This document shows positions 37,281 through 48,905 of a stretch of DNA of 64,000 nucleotides, piece by piece. Under the pieces are notes generated by a model. The model saw only the letters and a list, made by a program, of their open reading frames with translations, was not told where the DNA came from and did not search any database. The stretch is from Neoechinorhynchus agilis (taxonomy: Eukaryota > Animalia > Acanthocephala), in the NCBI GenBank assembly GCA_051530055.1, contig CM121342.1:13717480-13781479 (forward strand), written 5' to 3'. The translations under genes were made by a program, and so were the position numbers. Every line of letters starts with the position of its first letter. Position 1 is the stretch's first letter.

Positions 37281-37980
37281 ATGTGTTGCTGCAAATTGTC
37301 TAGACTGATTTCGTTGGTCTTAAATTTAACTCTGTTTATCAGTTCGATGGTTATGCTCACCGCGGCTTTCGCAATTATCTACAAGTCCGAGCCGGATCAA
37401 GCCGCGGAAGGAATAAAGGAAATTGGTATTGCATCAAGTCAACAACTCATAATCCCACTCTTGTTCGTTGGTGGATTATACGCTACAATTTCACTTATTG
37501 GGGTAATCGGTGTTATCGTCAACAGTGGATGTGTCCTGAGATTTCATTCAACAATACTCGTTGTGTTAATAGCATTTCAAAGTACAGGTATCATTGTCGG
37601 TCTTACACAACGAGACCGTCTAGCGCGGAGTTGTAGTGCTTACATTGAAGAGGTAAGTACCGTAATTCAACATTTCGTTTTTCTTATTCTTATATAAAAA
37701 ATAGATCGAAAAATCACTTATAAACCCTTTCAAAAAGAAAAACAATTGGACAAAGGCAATCGAGAGTTCATTTAATTGTTGTATTGGATCATTGGGTCTT
37801 AACATTTGCTTACCTCCAAAAGTTGAGAGCTGTAGAATAGTCGTTCCTCGATTCGTTCAAGAGCAAATGCCAGTGATGGTGATCGCTGGCGTTGTTTTGG
37901 TAGCCGCCGAGGCTATAATGATTTGCTTGTCTTTGAGAATCGCCAGGAAAAATAATTACAATAGAATTGCTGAACCTTAA
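37281..37980 (+). CDS. Tetraspanin, 2 exons
   Basis: Three N-terminal TM segments, then an intron (GTAAGT at ~37653 to AAATAG at ~37704), an EC2 loop FNCCIG...C...C, a fourth TM and a short tail. Confidence 0.8.
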
Positions 37981-38678
37981 AAAGTAAACTTTTGTTCGCG
38001 ATTATTCGGTATCTTGAAAAGCTCTGAATTTTGCGCGTATTTATGGCTAAAATTTTACTTGTAATATTTTCGCTTGATATCAGGAATAGTATCATTATAC
38101 CGATCCGTAATGTCATCTAAGCGCGAGTTTTAGATTGTACATGAAACCCACACATGTCGAAATTGGAGCTTCTTCTACCAGTTTATTGTAGTTATTCTAA
38201 ATGTTTTCTTCTCGTATTGATCGAAACTTGAAGCAAATGAGGGTGAAAATCTTAAGTAGTTCTCAAACAGCCCATCACTCTTCTCAAGTGGTCCTAGCAA
38301 TTTTTAAATCGGAACATAGCCAAGCTTGTGTTGTTGCTCTTTTCCATTGCGGTTTTGACTGCATATTCATGAAACCAAACTCAATCACGTTTCAATTGGA
38401 AAATTTATCTTAATTTCTAAGTACAACGATTTGTACGTTCACCATTATCACGTTCTCACATCACGGAATATGCTTGTCTGAGCAACAGATTGGTGGTTTA
38501 ATGACTTTTTTATGGAGATCCCTCCCTTCCACCTAGCAGTAATTTACGCAAATATCTCAGTGCAGATGGGCCATATGAGCATTCTGCTGGAAAGCGTAAT
38601 CACAACTGCTTTGAAAACCCATATCCTGTTCGCTACATCCACTTATATATTCCTTTTACTAAACTATTATTTGCAGCA

Positions 38679-40592
38679 ATGGATGCATCAACACAAACGG
38701 ATCCAGTTGTGCAGTCCAAATCAATACGAAGTCAGCTCAGTAAATGGCTAATGGTCGCCTGTGCCGTCACAACAGCTTCGTCTTCATTTCATCACGGATA
38801 TGGTATTGGTGTCCATAATCAATTATCCCCTTATATCGACCAAACATTTCATATTACACAAAATCGACTAAAAAATATATCCGGCGAATTCTTTAACGGT
38901 ATTCCTCAATTCGTTCTTACTCTCGGCAACCTTTGGGGAGCACTCACCGGAATGTGGTGGTATCGATTGTTTTGTTTCAATAGTCGCCGTAAATTGTTCT
39001 ACGCTAATCTAACGATTGGACTGATTAGTGTTCTAATCGTCTGGGTGTCGTTTTATACCGAAACATATAGTGTATATATCGTATCTCGGCTCCTTCATGG
39101 ATACCAAGGCGGAATGGCATGCTCTATTGTACCGCCCTATTTAGTTGAAATATCACCAAGACCGGTAAGAGGAGCAGTTGGAACTATCCATCAACTTTTG
39201 ATCACTGTTGGGATTCTCGCTTCTCAACTAATAGGAATCCCTCAGTTGTTCGGACGTACCAATTCGTGGCCTACGGCGTTTCTGTTGGGAGGTGTGACGA
39301 GCATTCTTGGATTGATTTTGACACGATTTCTACCTGACAGTCCCACAGAAGCAATCTATGAATTTAAAGATGAAGGGTTGGCTTTGATTAATTTGAAAAA
39401 ACTAAGAAAGGATGATCATGTCGCGAGTGAAATGAGTGCAATACATGTTGAGAATATATCAGCATCAAAGCCAAGGAAAATGTCAACTATTATGTTATTT
39501 CAATCCCGATTCCACAAGTGGCCCTTCTTCATTTCACTTACTTTGCTCGGAGGACAAGCATTATGTGGTATCAACGCTATATTCTATTATTCGGATTATA
39601 TATTTCGTACACCAGCGGCTTGGAAGGCGGCTGATTTGGGCTGATAAATCCATCAGGAAAATTGCAAGGTTTCGCGGTTCTTATTGAAGCCACTTAGAAA
39701 ATGAAAACTTAAGAGTTCAAAATTCTAGAAATGTTCAAGGCGATTAGACTCGAATCCTATTGATGCTGTAAATAATCAATCTGATTTTCGTGGGGAACAC
39801 CCACAAGAGCATTTATTTAGCGCATATTCAGATTGTCTCGATTATTGTCTGCCATAGATTAGAATGTATACAATTATCGATTTTACGTTTCTTTATAATT
39901 TTCCATCTATTTTACACTGGTTTTTGGCCTAGAATTGGGCCCAGTTAAATTTTACAGCGAGAACTGAATATCTAACCCCACTTCCTTTTGTGATACCTTG
40001 AAAATAACCTTCTCAGCCGTTGCATAAATCCGGTATCCGTGCTAGTAAGAGGCCGGCGTGCATATTTTTTACAGGTCTTACGAACCTGATATCTACCGTA
40101 ATCGCTATCGAACTCATGGAACTTCTCGGACGTCGAACACTGATTGTATATTCATGCGGTTGCATGACTATCATCTCTGGCCTGATGCCACTGCTAATTG
40201 CGCTTAATGCTTCTTTTCACATTCGCTACTTGGCGTGGATCACAGTATCCCTCATAATGGCGTACGTTGCCTGTTTTGCAATCGGAATGGGCCCGATTCC
40301 TTACATCTATGCCAGCGAAGTGTTCAGACATGATATTCGCAACAAAGCCCTGGTTTCAGGACTTCTATTGAACTACAGCTTCAATCTCATTGTTTCTCTT
40401 GTTTTTCCTCTTCTCAACAACCTGATGGGAGGTTATGTTTTTCTCGTATTTATGGTTATAATGGCAGCGCAGACGACGCTTTATTTTTTCAAAATGGCTG
40501 AGACCAAAAATAAATCCATTGAAGAAATCGAAGAATTTTGGACAAAAGGAAAGACCGATAACGATATCAGGGAAGAGGAGGACGTACAGTGA
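38679..40592 (+). CDS. GLUT/SLC2A-family facilitated sugar transporter, split by a ~410-bp insertion
   Basis: SFHHGYGIGVHN, SRLLHG, PPYLVEISP..VRG, HQLLITVGIL, PDSP, GINAIFYYS, ELLGRRTL, GMGPIPY..ASEVF, AETKNKSIEEI. Confidence 0.9.
39606..40022. mobile_element. Insertion in the GLUT coding sequence with imperfect 15-bp TIRs
   Basis: CAGCGGCTTGGAAGG (39613-39627) vs CCTTCTCAGCCGTTG (40008-40022), 12/15 complementary. It separates the codons for ..DYIF and HKSGI.. Confidence 0.55.
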
Positions 40593-41367
40593 GATTGTTT
40601 TAGAGTCAATTTGGCATCTCACAAAAGGCGCAAACTGAACGGGCGACGTGGTTTCAGGCGGGGTTAACGTTCGATCCCAATTGATCTCTGAGTACAAGTG
40701 AAAATGGTCATAAAATACCTGCAACTTTAGAATTCGCATTTTTCTGAGCTTCGGTCTCACCTATGCATGTTAATGCATAAAAAATCCTCCATGCTTCTCC
40801 TATCGCTCAAAAGCCTCGTCAAAGAAACGTTATGGTTTGGAACACTTAAAGAATAGACGTATTTAGTTAATAGTTTACTATTATTGCTAAGCACTATTTT
40901 TCGGGTTTCTTTAACTAGAGATTGCGTAAAGGTAAAAGATAGCAAACTCCTTTACATTGTTCTAAATGTTTCCTCTGTGCCAATGCTCGTTTTAGATTCA
41001 AATTTAATATTTGATAGCAACCTAAATAAATTGAGATAATGAAGGACCGTAATATAGCAATACTGAATCGGCTAATAGAATTTAATTTTTACATACCATG
41101 CAGAGTTCGGCAATAAAGAAAATTTTGGGAAAATACCTGCTTCTCAAACATGTGAAGCCTCATCCAGGAAATATGCACACAATGCAAACCACAAAGCCTG
41201 TAATGCTTCCAGTTTCTTAATATTCACCTCAAAAACGTCATTATTTTTAAGCTTTGTTTTTGCAATTGAATGTACCTATAAATACGAGTGTTTAGTGTCT
41301 TAGACAAGATCTCTATTCGCTCATCAAACGTTTACTTTTCCTTCGGTTAAAACGGCAATCTTTCGCA

Positions 41368-44300
41368 ATGAACTTATTATCAGGGCGAGCATCATTAGCG
41401 GTACAGACACTGCGTAGAAGTGGTATTCTATCATCGGCGAACTATATCAATGATTTGTACCTTAGATGGATGGAAGATCCCAAGAAAGTCCATCCGGTAA
41501 GTCTTTACTCTCGTTTTCTATATTGATTTTCCCCCTAGTCGTGGAACAAATATTTCAACAAAGAAGCGCCTCGGTTAACCATCAATGAAACTTCCTCTAC
41601 TGAAATCGAACGCTATATGGCACTCAATGACCTAATCGCATCCTATAGAGTAAGCGTTCCTCTTTTCTCAAATCCGAATATTTTTTAAAGAGTTTCGGAC
41701 ATCGCGCTGCTTCAATAGACCCACTTGGGTTGTCAAGAGCAGACAATCTGCCAGCTCCTCCATACGGACTCGATCCATCCAGTTTCCAAATTCCACCTGA
41801 AATGAAAGTCTTCGGTTTCGACAATAGATTTAAAACTGTGGACGAGCTCGTCAAATTTTTAAAGAGAGTATATTGTGAAACAGTGGGAGTTCAATATATG
41901 CATTTAAGCAATAATGAGATGCGTGATTGGATTCGGCAGAGAATCGAGGCTGATTACAGAGTGCTTGATGAGGAATCACGTTTGGTCGGTTTAAAAGATC
42001 TTATGCGGGCATCATTGTAAGTGCAATTTTGGCTTAAATAATCCTAAGTGATGAAAACTTCTGGGTAGATTTGAAGACTTTGCAGCTCAAAAATTAAGAT
42101 TTCAGACAGCATTCTATGCAAAGGGATGTGAATCGTACATCCCTGCTTTAAGTCATGTGATCAACCAATCAAATCGACTTGGAGTAGAAGACTTTGTGAT
42201 AGGAATGGCCCATAGGTACCTTCTCCAGTGTTTGTATCTTTTTTATATCCCTATAACAGAGGTCGTCATGCAATATTATGCAACATTCTCAATTGTGAAC
42301 TGTCTGATTTTTTTAAGCTTTTCAAGCAAGACCTTAAATTGCCAGACGAGGTGAGTTTTTATTTTCCTTACACTATTTCGGCATTTTTCGCTAGAACATT
42401 GGTGACTCCAAATACCACCTCGGGGGGTACTATGAAGGAGTAAACAAGGAAACAGGAAAGCCTATTCGGATATCGCTTCTATCGAACGCGTCCCACCTAG
42501 AATGTATGTATTTACAGACACTTAAACCGAAGCCATTTTCTGTTGATTAGCGGTGTCTTCGGTAGCTCAAGGACGTGTGACCGCTTTACAACACGAATCC
42601 GGCGACCTGAAAGGCGACAAAAGTCTTTGCATCCTTGTTCATGGAGATGCAGCTCTTGCTGGTCAAGGAGTTGTCTACGAATACACACAAGCAACACACG
42701 TTCCTCAATTCACAACGAATGGAATCGTTCACATTGTGTGCAACAATCAACTGGGATTTACGACCGAGCGTTCAATCTACAGTTCTACTGCTTACAGTAC
42801 AGACGTGCTGCGCGCTGTGGATACTCCTGTGTTTCATTTGAACGCCGAGGACGTTGATTCTGTTCTGTTTGCAAGTAACCTGGTAGCAGAGTTTAGGAAC
42901 GTATTTAGAAAAGATGCGGTAGTCGATGTTGTAAGACAAGAATCTCATCTCTAAGCTGCAATAAACATAACCATGGAACCTTCAACAATTGTGCCAAGAA
43001 ATCATTCCCTGGGCGAAATTAAGGTGTATTCAGTTTTTAGAAGATGCCCAATATTATCGTTGATTACGACTTAAATGTAACAGCTTCGAGTGATTCGTAA
43101 TGTCTTAGCACGGTTAAGGATTTTAGATCACATTCGTTGATAGTCGAGTAGCGTATCACATTGTTGATTAACAAATGTTGCAATTTATGATTAACTGTAA
43201 AAATACATATCATTATAAAAGAATGAGATTCTTGTCCGAGGTTACCGGAAATTCGGTCATAATGAAGTCGACGATCCAACGGCTACACAACCAATAATGT
43301 ATAAAAAAATACAAAATCAAGAACCAGTACTGAGCTTATATAGCGAAAAGTGCATCTCCGATGGTCTGATATGTCGCTCCGAATATGAGGTTAGCTTGAA
43401 AACTCAATTTTTAATCTATAGCAATTTTAAAAAGAAATGGGTTCGTGACTTTCAACAAAAGCTGTCCATGGCATACGAAGCTGCAGAAAAGGAAAAGTCA
43501 CCAAAGGACAAGATTTGGCTTGATGTTCCTCCATGTGATGGTAAAACTTTGTATCGTCGAACATTTTAACTTAGTCCTTGAGCAGCTTCTTCAAAACGAT
43601 CGATGGAACAAACCGGAGTTGAAAAAGAAGTACTGGATAGTATCACCAAGACTGTGTGGGGTTCACATGATGATACGTCGTTTCATATGCAAAAATGTAA
43701 GGTTTCATTTAGTGATTGATCATTAACGCTTTTGTTGTAGCTGTTTCTCGGCTATTTTCTAATCGATTCGATACATACACAAAGAGCGGCGAGATTGACT
43801 TTGCGATGGGTGAGACGCTCTCGTTTGGATCAATCTTATTGGAAGGGATAAACATCCGTATAACCGGCCAGGACAGTGAAAGAGGTGCTTTTGCGTAAGT
43901 TTGGAGAGTGTTAGAATTGTCAAAATGAGCACATCCTGATTTAGGCACAGACACTTTGTGCTTCACGACTTTGAAGATTTTAACAAAAAACGTGTACCAT
44001 TAAAAGAACTTCCCGGAAAGTGTGGGACCTTCGATGCAATTAATTCTCCTTTATGCGAGAATGCAATCCTAGGTAAGTTTTCCTTAGGCGCCTGTATCGA
44101 GAAATTCGTTTCCTCGTCAGCGGCGAATATTACCATAAAAAGCCTCGCTTTTGAAAGTAAATTTGTAGAACGATTGAACATTCACTTTGGCAAGAATTAT
44201 CAGTTTGTTTATCACCCTTAGTCGGATTTGAATTTTTAGTAACTTCCCTTTTTAACATTAGGCCACCAATATGGATATTCTCTTCACCGCCCGGGAACAC

Positions 44301-45253
44301 TATGCATTTGGGAAGCTCAATATGGTGATTTTGCCAACAATGCCCAATGTCTAATCGATCAGTACGTTGTGAGTGGTGCAGCAAAATGGCACCACGAATC
44401 TGGTTTGATTATGTTGCTACCGCATGGCTTAGATGGTGGAGGACCTGAACACAGCTCAAGTCGAGAAGAGCGGTATTTACAAGTAAGTTTGTTTTAAGTG
44501 TCTAAAAATTTTAATGGCATTCTTCGATAAAGATGACAAACGAGCCTAACGATCGGACTTATTCACGAATAGAAGACATCAACTTCTTTTTGGTGAACTG
44601 CACTACAGCAGCAAACTACTTTCATATGTTCCGAAGACATGCCTACATGGGCTTACTAAGGCCACTCATTGTAATGTCACCGAAAACCCTTATAAGATTT
44701 CAAAAAGCGAATTCTCCCATCATTGATATCATGCCAGGTTTGTGCCGTTTTTGTTATGTAAAATCACAATTTTTCATTTGACAGGGACGAGATTTCAAAA
44801 AGTGATTGACGAGGAGTATGACGGATCATCGAAAAAGGTCATATTTTGTAGTGGGAAAGTTTTCTATGATTTAAAGAAAATGATGGTCTTCGTCGGTCTA
44901 AAGTTCGATCATCATTAATACAGGAGAAAAGAAATTCACTTTCGCTTACACCTACCGACGTCCGAATCGTCCGAATAGAACAAATTACCCCTTTTCCGTC
45001 GAATGAAGTAAAAAAGATCTTGAGCAAAAATATGGAAGCACGCAAAATTGTCTGGGTGCAAGAGGAATCCTTGAATATGGGTGCTTTCTTTTACGTTCAA
45101 CCAAAAATTAATCGACTGATTGAAACAGTTGGTGGTAAACGAAGTATTGGATGTGTGTCAAGGGATGTGTCATGTGTACCTGCCACAGCCAATAGCATCA
45201 GATTCAATGAACAAAAAGAGCAACTCCTTCGAGAAGCATTGGGAGATTCATAA
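41368..45253 (+). CDS. OGDH: 2-oxoglutarate dehydrogenase E1 component, mitochondrial, multi-exon
   Basis: [124 protein letters not shown]. Exons can be joined by short GT-AG introns. Confidence 0.95.
42935..43236. mobile_element. ~300-bp element with perfect 14-bp TIRs forming an OGDH intron
   Basis: GACAAGAATCTCAT (42935-42948) and ATGAGATTCTTGTC (43223-43236). Confidence 0.75.
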
Positions 45254-45571
45254 GGCTCATGAAGACACGAAATAAATTAATTTTTGCAAAAGATTGTGTT
45301 CATCGGTGTATTGCTATTGAGATGCGAATGATTGAGAAGGGATGCGGTTGTGCATTGTTTAATATTATACTAAGAAAATTTGGATTTTTAACAATCATAT
45401 AAAGAAAATCCTTCGGGATGATCGTGTTAAAATTGTAGTGAAGATACTCATGGTTAAAACGTCGCATCATCAGTCATTGTTTAAGCGTTGTATTCGCATG
45501 CCTCCTTACGAAATGTTTCGCAAAAATCAAATACGTTTTAACCGGGCTATAATCATCAATACTACAGTCAG

Positions 45572-48500
45572 CCGGGGGGGAACGAGTCCGTTCCTCCACG
45601 TGGTGTCCATGGAAATTACGCTCGGGAATCCAGCTGGGTGCTAAGCTAAACGCGGACCACCTCTGGTGACAGACCCCTTCGACAGGTCGACCAACGGGTC
45701 TATTTAAAACATCGTCGCTATTTCATGAACTAATGCTTTCCAACAAATCGCGAACCGGAACTAAGGAATTCACTGCATTCGACGCGATGGGGCGGGGCCC
45801 GGCCCTATCGAAAAGTGATATAGGGTTCCAGTGGCAAGGACGGCCCTCTGACGTAATCAAACTAGTCCGAAGAAAAACAAAAAGAACGATAATTTAAGCA
45901 TCGGATCGCTGAACGCAGGCACTTCAACGGGCAATACCGAAGAGCTGGGTAAGATGTTAAGAAAAAGGCGAGTGGATATATGCGCTATGCAAAAGACACG
46001 ATGAAGTGGCGCAAAGGCACACGATATGGAACAAGAACGAGATGAGAACGGATACAAACTATTTTACGGTGGTACAAGGGGCACACATAATCGAGTTGGG
46101 ATCGCAATCTCCGAACGATTTCGGGAGGATTCAGTACAAGAAGTACATCGCTTCGATGACCGCATGATGAAATTGACCCTAATCTTGCCTCAGAGGAAAT
46201 TTCACTTCTATTCTGCATATGCGCCGCATACCGGGCTTGGAGATCACGAAATAGAGAAACGTTTTGGGAATGCTGGATCATCGCATACGTGAAATTCCTT
46301 CTGAAGATTAAAGAAGCGGACAAAAATCGTTCCCACGGTGGAAAAGGATTTGGTAAGAGAAACATTGATGGAGAACGAATCCATAAGTTTGCTGACTCAC
46401 ATGACCTCATCATCGCAAAGACCGACCCAACTCCCAAAGTACTATAATGGCAATACAGTCTCGCAAATAGATTTTATTCTCTTTCGACGACGCTACATGT
46501 CTACGATTACAGATGCGAAGGCTGTTCCGCTTGAGACGATTACTGCTCAACACCGACCGATAATAGCGAACAACCGTATAAAACCCCCAATAAAATGATC
46601 GAGTGGCTTCGGTGGCGATTCAAAGAAAAGGAAACGATCCTTACAGGGAAAACAAAAAATTGCCGATTGCGACCACAGTGGACGAAACTTGGAACCGAGC
46701 AAAAGATATCATTCAGGTCGAGGCTCCAAAACACGTGGGTGTCACTAAAGCCGGAAAGCAGAACATTGATCGCGACCCTTGGCTCTGAAGTCAAAAAGAA
46801 GGTTCATGAGAAGAGAATGTATCATGTATTCCTCAAAAGTAAAACGCCTGCAGCCTATGAGAACTATCAAACTGCGAAAAAACAGACAAAAGCAGTCGCG
46901 TCCGCTCGAGCTGCCCACCAAGCACGTGTAAGTAATAAGCCAAATATTCGTGAAAATGACCGTGAGTTATATCGACTCGTAAAACGGCATCAACGGCAGA
47001 TGCAAGATATTGAAAAGTTTCCGTGTATAAATGATAAGCCGGGCGTGCTGATTGTCAATAAAGGTGATGTATCCGAGATAGGTGGCGTCAATACTACGAA
47101 CAGATTTCAAACGAGGAATTTGAGCATCAATCCATTTCGGAGATCGTAAGGATTCCCGGCCCCGTTAGTTCTATCAATACGAAGGAAGTTCAAGATGCAA
47201 TAAATCGAATGAAACCAGGGAAAGCAACCGGCCCTGATGATATAGGATCGGAACCCAGGAAGGCAAAGAACTTCCAGCCGTCATCGTGGTTGACCCGATT
47301 TTTCAACAAAATCATCGAGGAGAAAACAATGCCGATTGACTGGGAGCTCAGTCACACGGTGCCGATATGGAAAAAGAAAGGCAATCCAGCAGAGTGCTGA
47401 AACTACCGCCCGATCAGACCCCTGTCACATACAATGAAAATATTTAAGCGTGTCATCGACAAGCGGATTCGCACTATCGTCGATTTATCCGTTAATCAAG
47501 CTGGATTTGTCAAAGGATGTGGCACCACAGATTCGATTCATGTAGCACGACTGCTTATCGAAAAGTATCGCCGATTCATTTGACATTTATTGACCTAGAA
47601 AAAGCTTTCGATCGAGTACCACACGAGTTGATTTGGTATGCAGTCCGTCAACACAAAATCCCTGAACAGTTGATCGAATGGGTCACATTGCTCTACCGAA
47701 ATCCAAAGAGCCGTGTCAGGAATGTGGCAGGAATCTCAAAATCATAGCCGATAAGCGTTGGAGTTCATCAGGGAAGTGCACTGCCGCCTTTACTGTTTAT
47801 CCTAGTAATGGATGCGATAACTTCAGATATCCAACGCCCAGCGCCGTTCACGATACTGTATGCCGATGACGTTCTCCTAGTATCTGAAGACAAAGAGGAG
47901 CTTCAAAGAGTGGTCCAAGTATGGAGAGACAGATTGGCGAGATTCGGTTTAAAGATGAACCTGACGAAAATACAATATCTAACAACCGATCAACAAACGA
48001 AAAGACACATTTAACACAGACAAAATCAATTTGCCGCGCGCGTTGACCACTTCAAATACCTAGGGTCGACAATATCAAATGACCGCGATCTATAGTGGGA
48101 AATAACAAATAGAATCAGCGCAACTTGGATGAAATAACGGTCAGCAACTGGCGTCCTGTGTGATCGGTGAATCAAGACGCGCCTCAAGTCGAGGATTTAT
48201 TGCTCAGTAGTTCGCCCGTGGCACTATATGGAGCCGAATGCTGGCCAATCATCAAGAACGACGAACATCGCCCAAGCGTCATGGAGACAAAGATGCTAAG
48301 ATGGATAAGCGGCATCACATTGTCCGACCATGTCAATCAGGCGACGACATTCGAAATCGCTTCGGTGTTATGCAGATCAAGGATAAAATGCGCGAGGCCC
48401 GACTGAGATGGTACAGTTATTCGCTGCGTGCAAATGGGACCTCTCTCGCGAGGAAAGGATTGACCGTCGAAATTGACGGAAGGCGCCCAAGAGGCAGACC

Positions 48501-48649
48501 AAAGCAACGCTGGTTAGACACCCTACACGTGGATCTTAGAGAATCGAAGCTGCGCCCAGACCAGGCTCTCGATCGGGACAAGTCGAAGCAAAAGTCCCTA
48601 ACAGTCGACCCCGCCTCCAAACGGAAAAAAGGCTAAGAAAAAGAGGAAG
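45572..48649 (+). mobile_element. Full-length RTE-clade LINE with an 11-bp target-site duplication; ORF disrupted
   Basis: TSD ACTACAGTCAG at 45561-45571 and 48650-48660. APE motifs (GSLNAGT, SAYAPH), RT motifs (DLEKAFDRV, LYADDVLL), RGRPKQRW and an AAG-rich tail. Confidence 0.9.
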
Positions 48650-48905
48650 ACTACAGTCAGATGGGATTCATTGTGCACCAAAAAGTGGTCATCATTTAAT
48701 TGAATTTAATAATATCATCGATACCAGTATTGGTGGATTTGAATTAAAATACTCACAAGTTTAGCAAAGCTTGTAATGACTAAGCACCTATTCCAATCTT
48801 GTAATGACCACTACAATATTCGGTGCCTAAAGAAACATCACTGCAAAGAAAAATATATCTTATTTTCATGAACGATAAAAAATATACACGTTATCAGGCT
48901 CAAAT

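Noticed and set aside
38660-38680. Acceptor-like sequences just before several start codons (GLUT, calpain, palindrome genes), hinting at SL trans-splicing
   Set aside because: Not seen for OGDH, tetraspanin or VAP, no SL RNA was identified, and 5' UTR introns explain it equally well.
40660-41290. Possible small spliced gene on the minus strand, head-to-head with OGDH
   Set aside because: Plausible splice sites exist, but several mutually exclusive frames fit and no family is recognisable.
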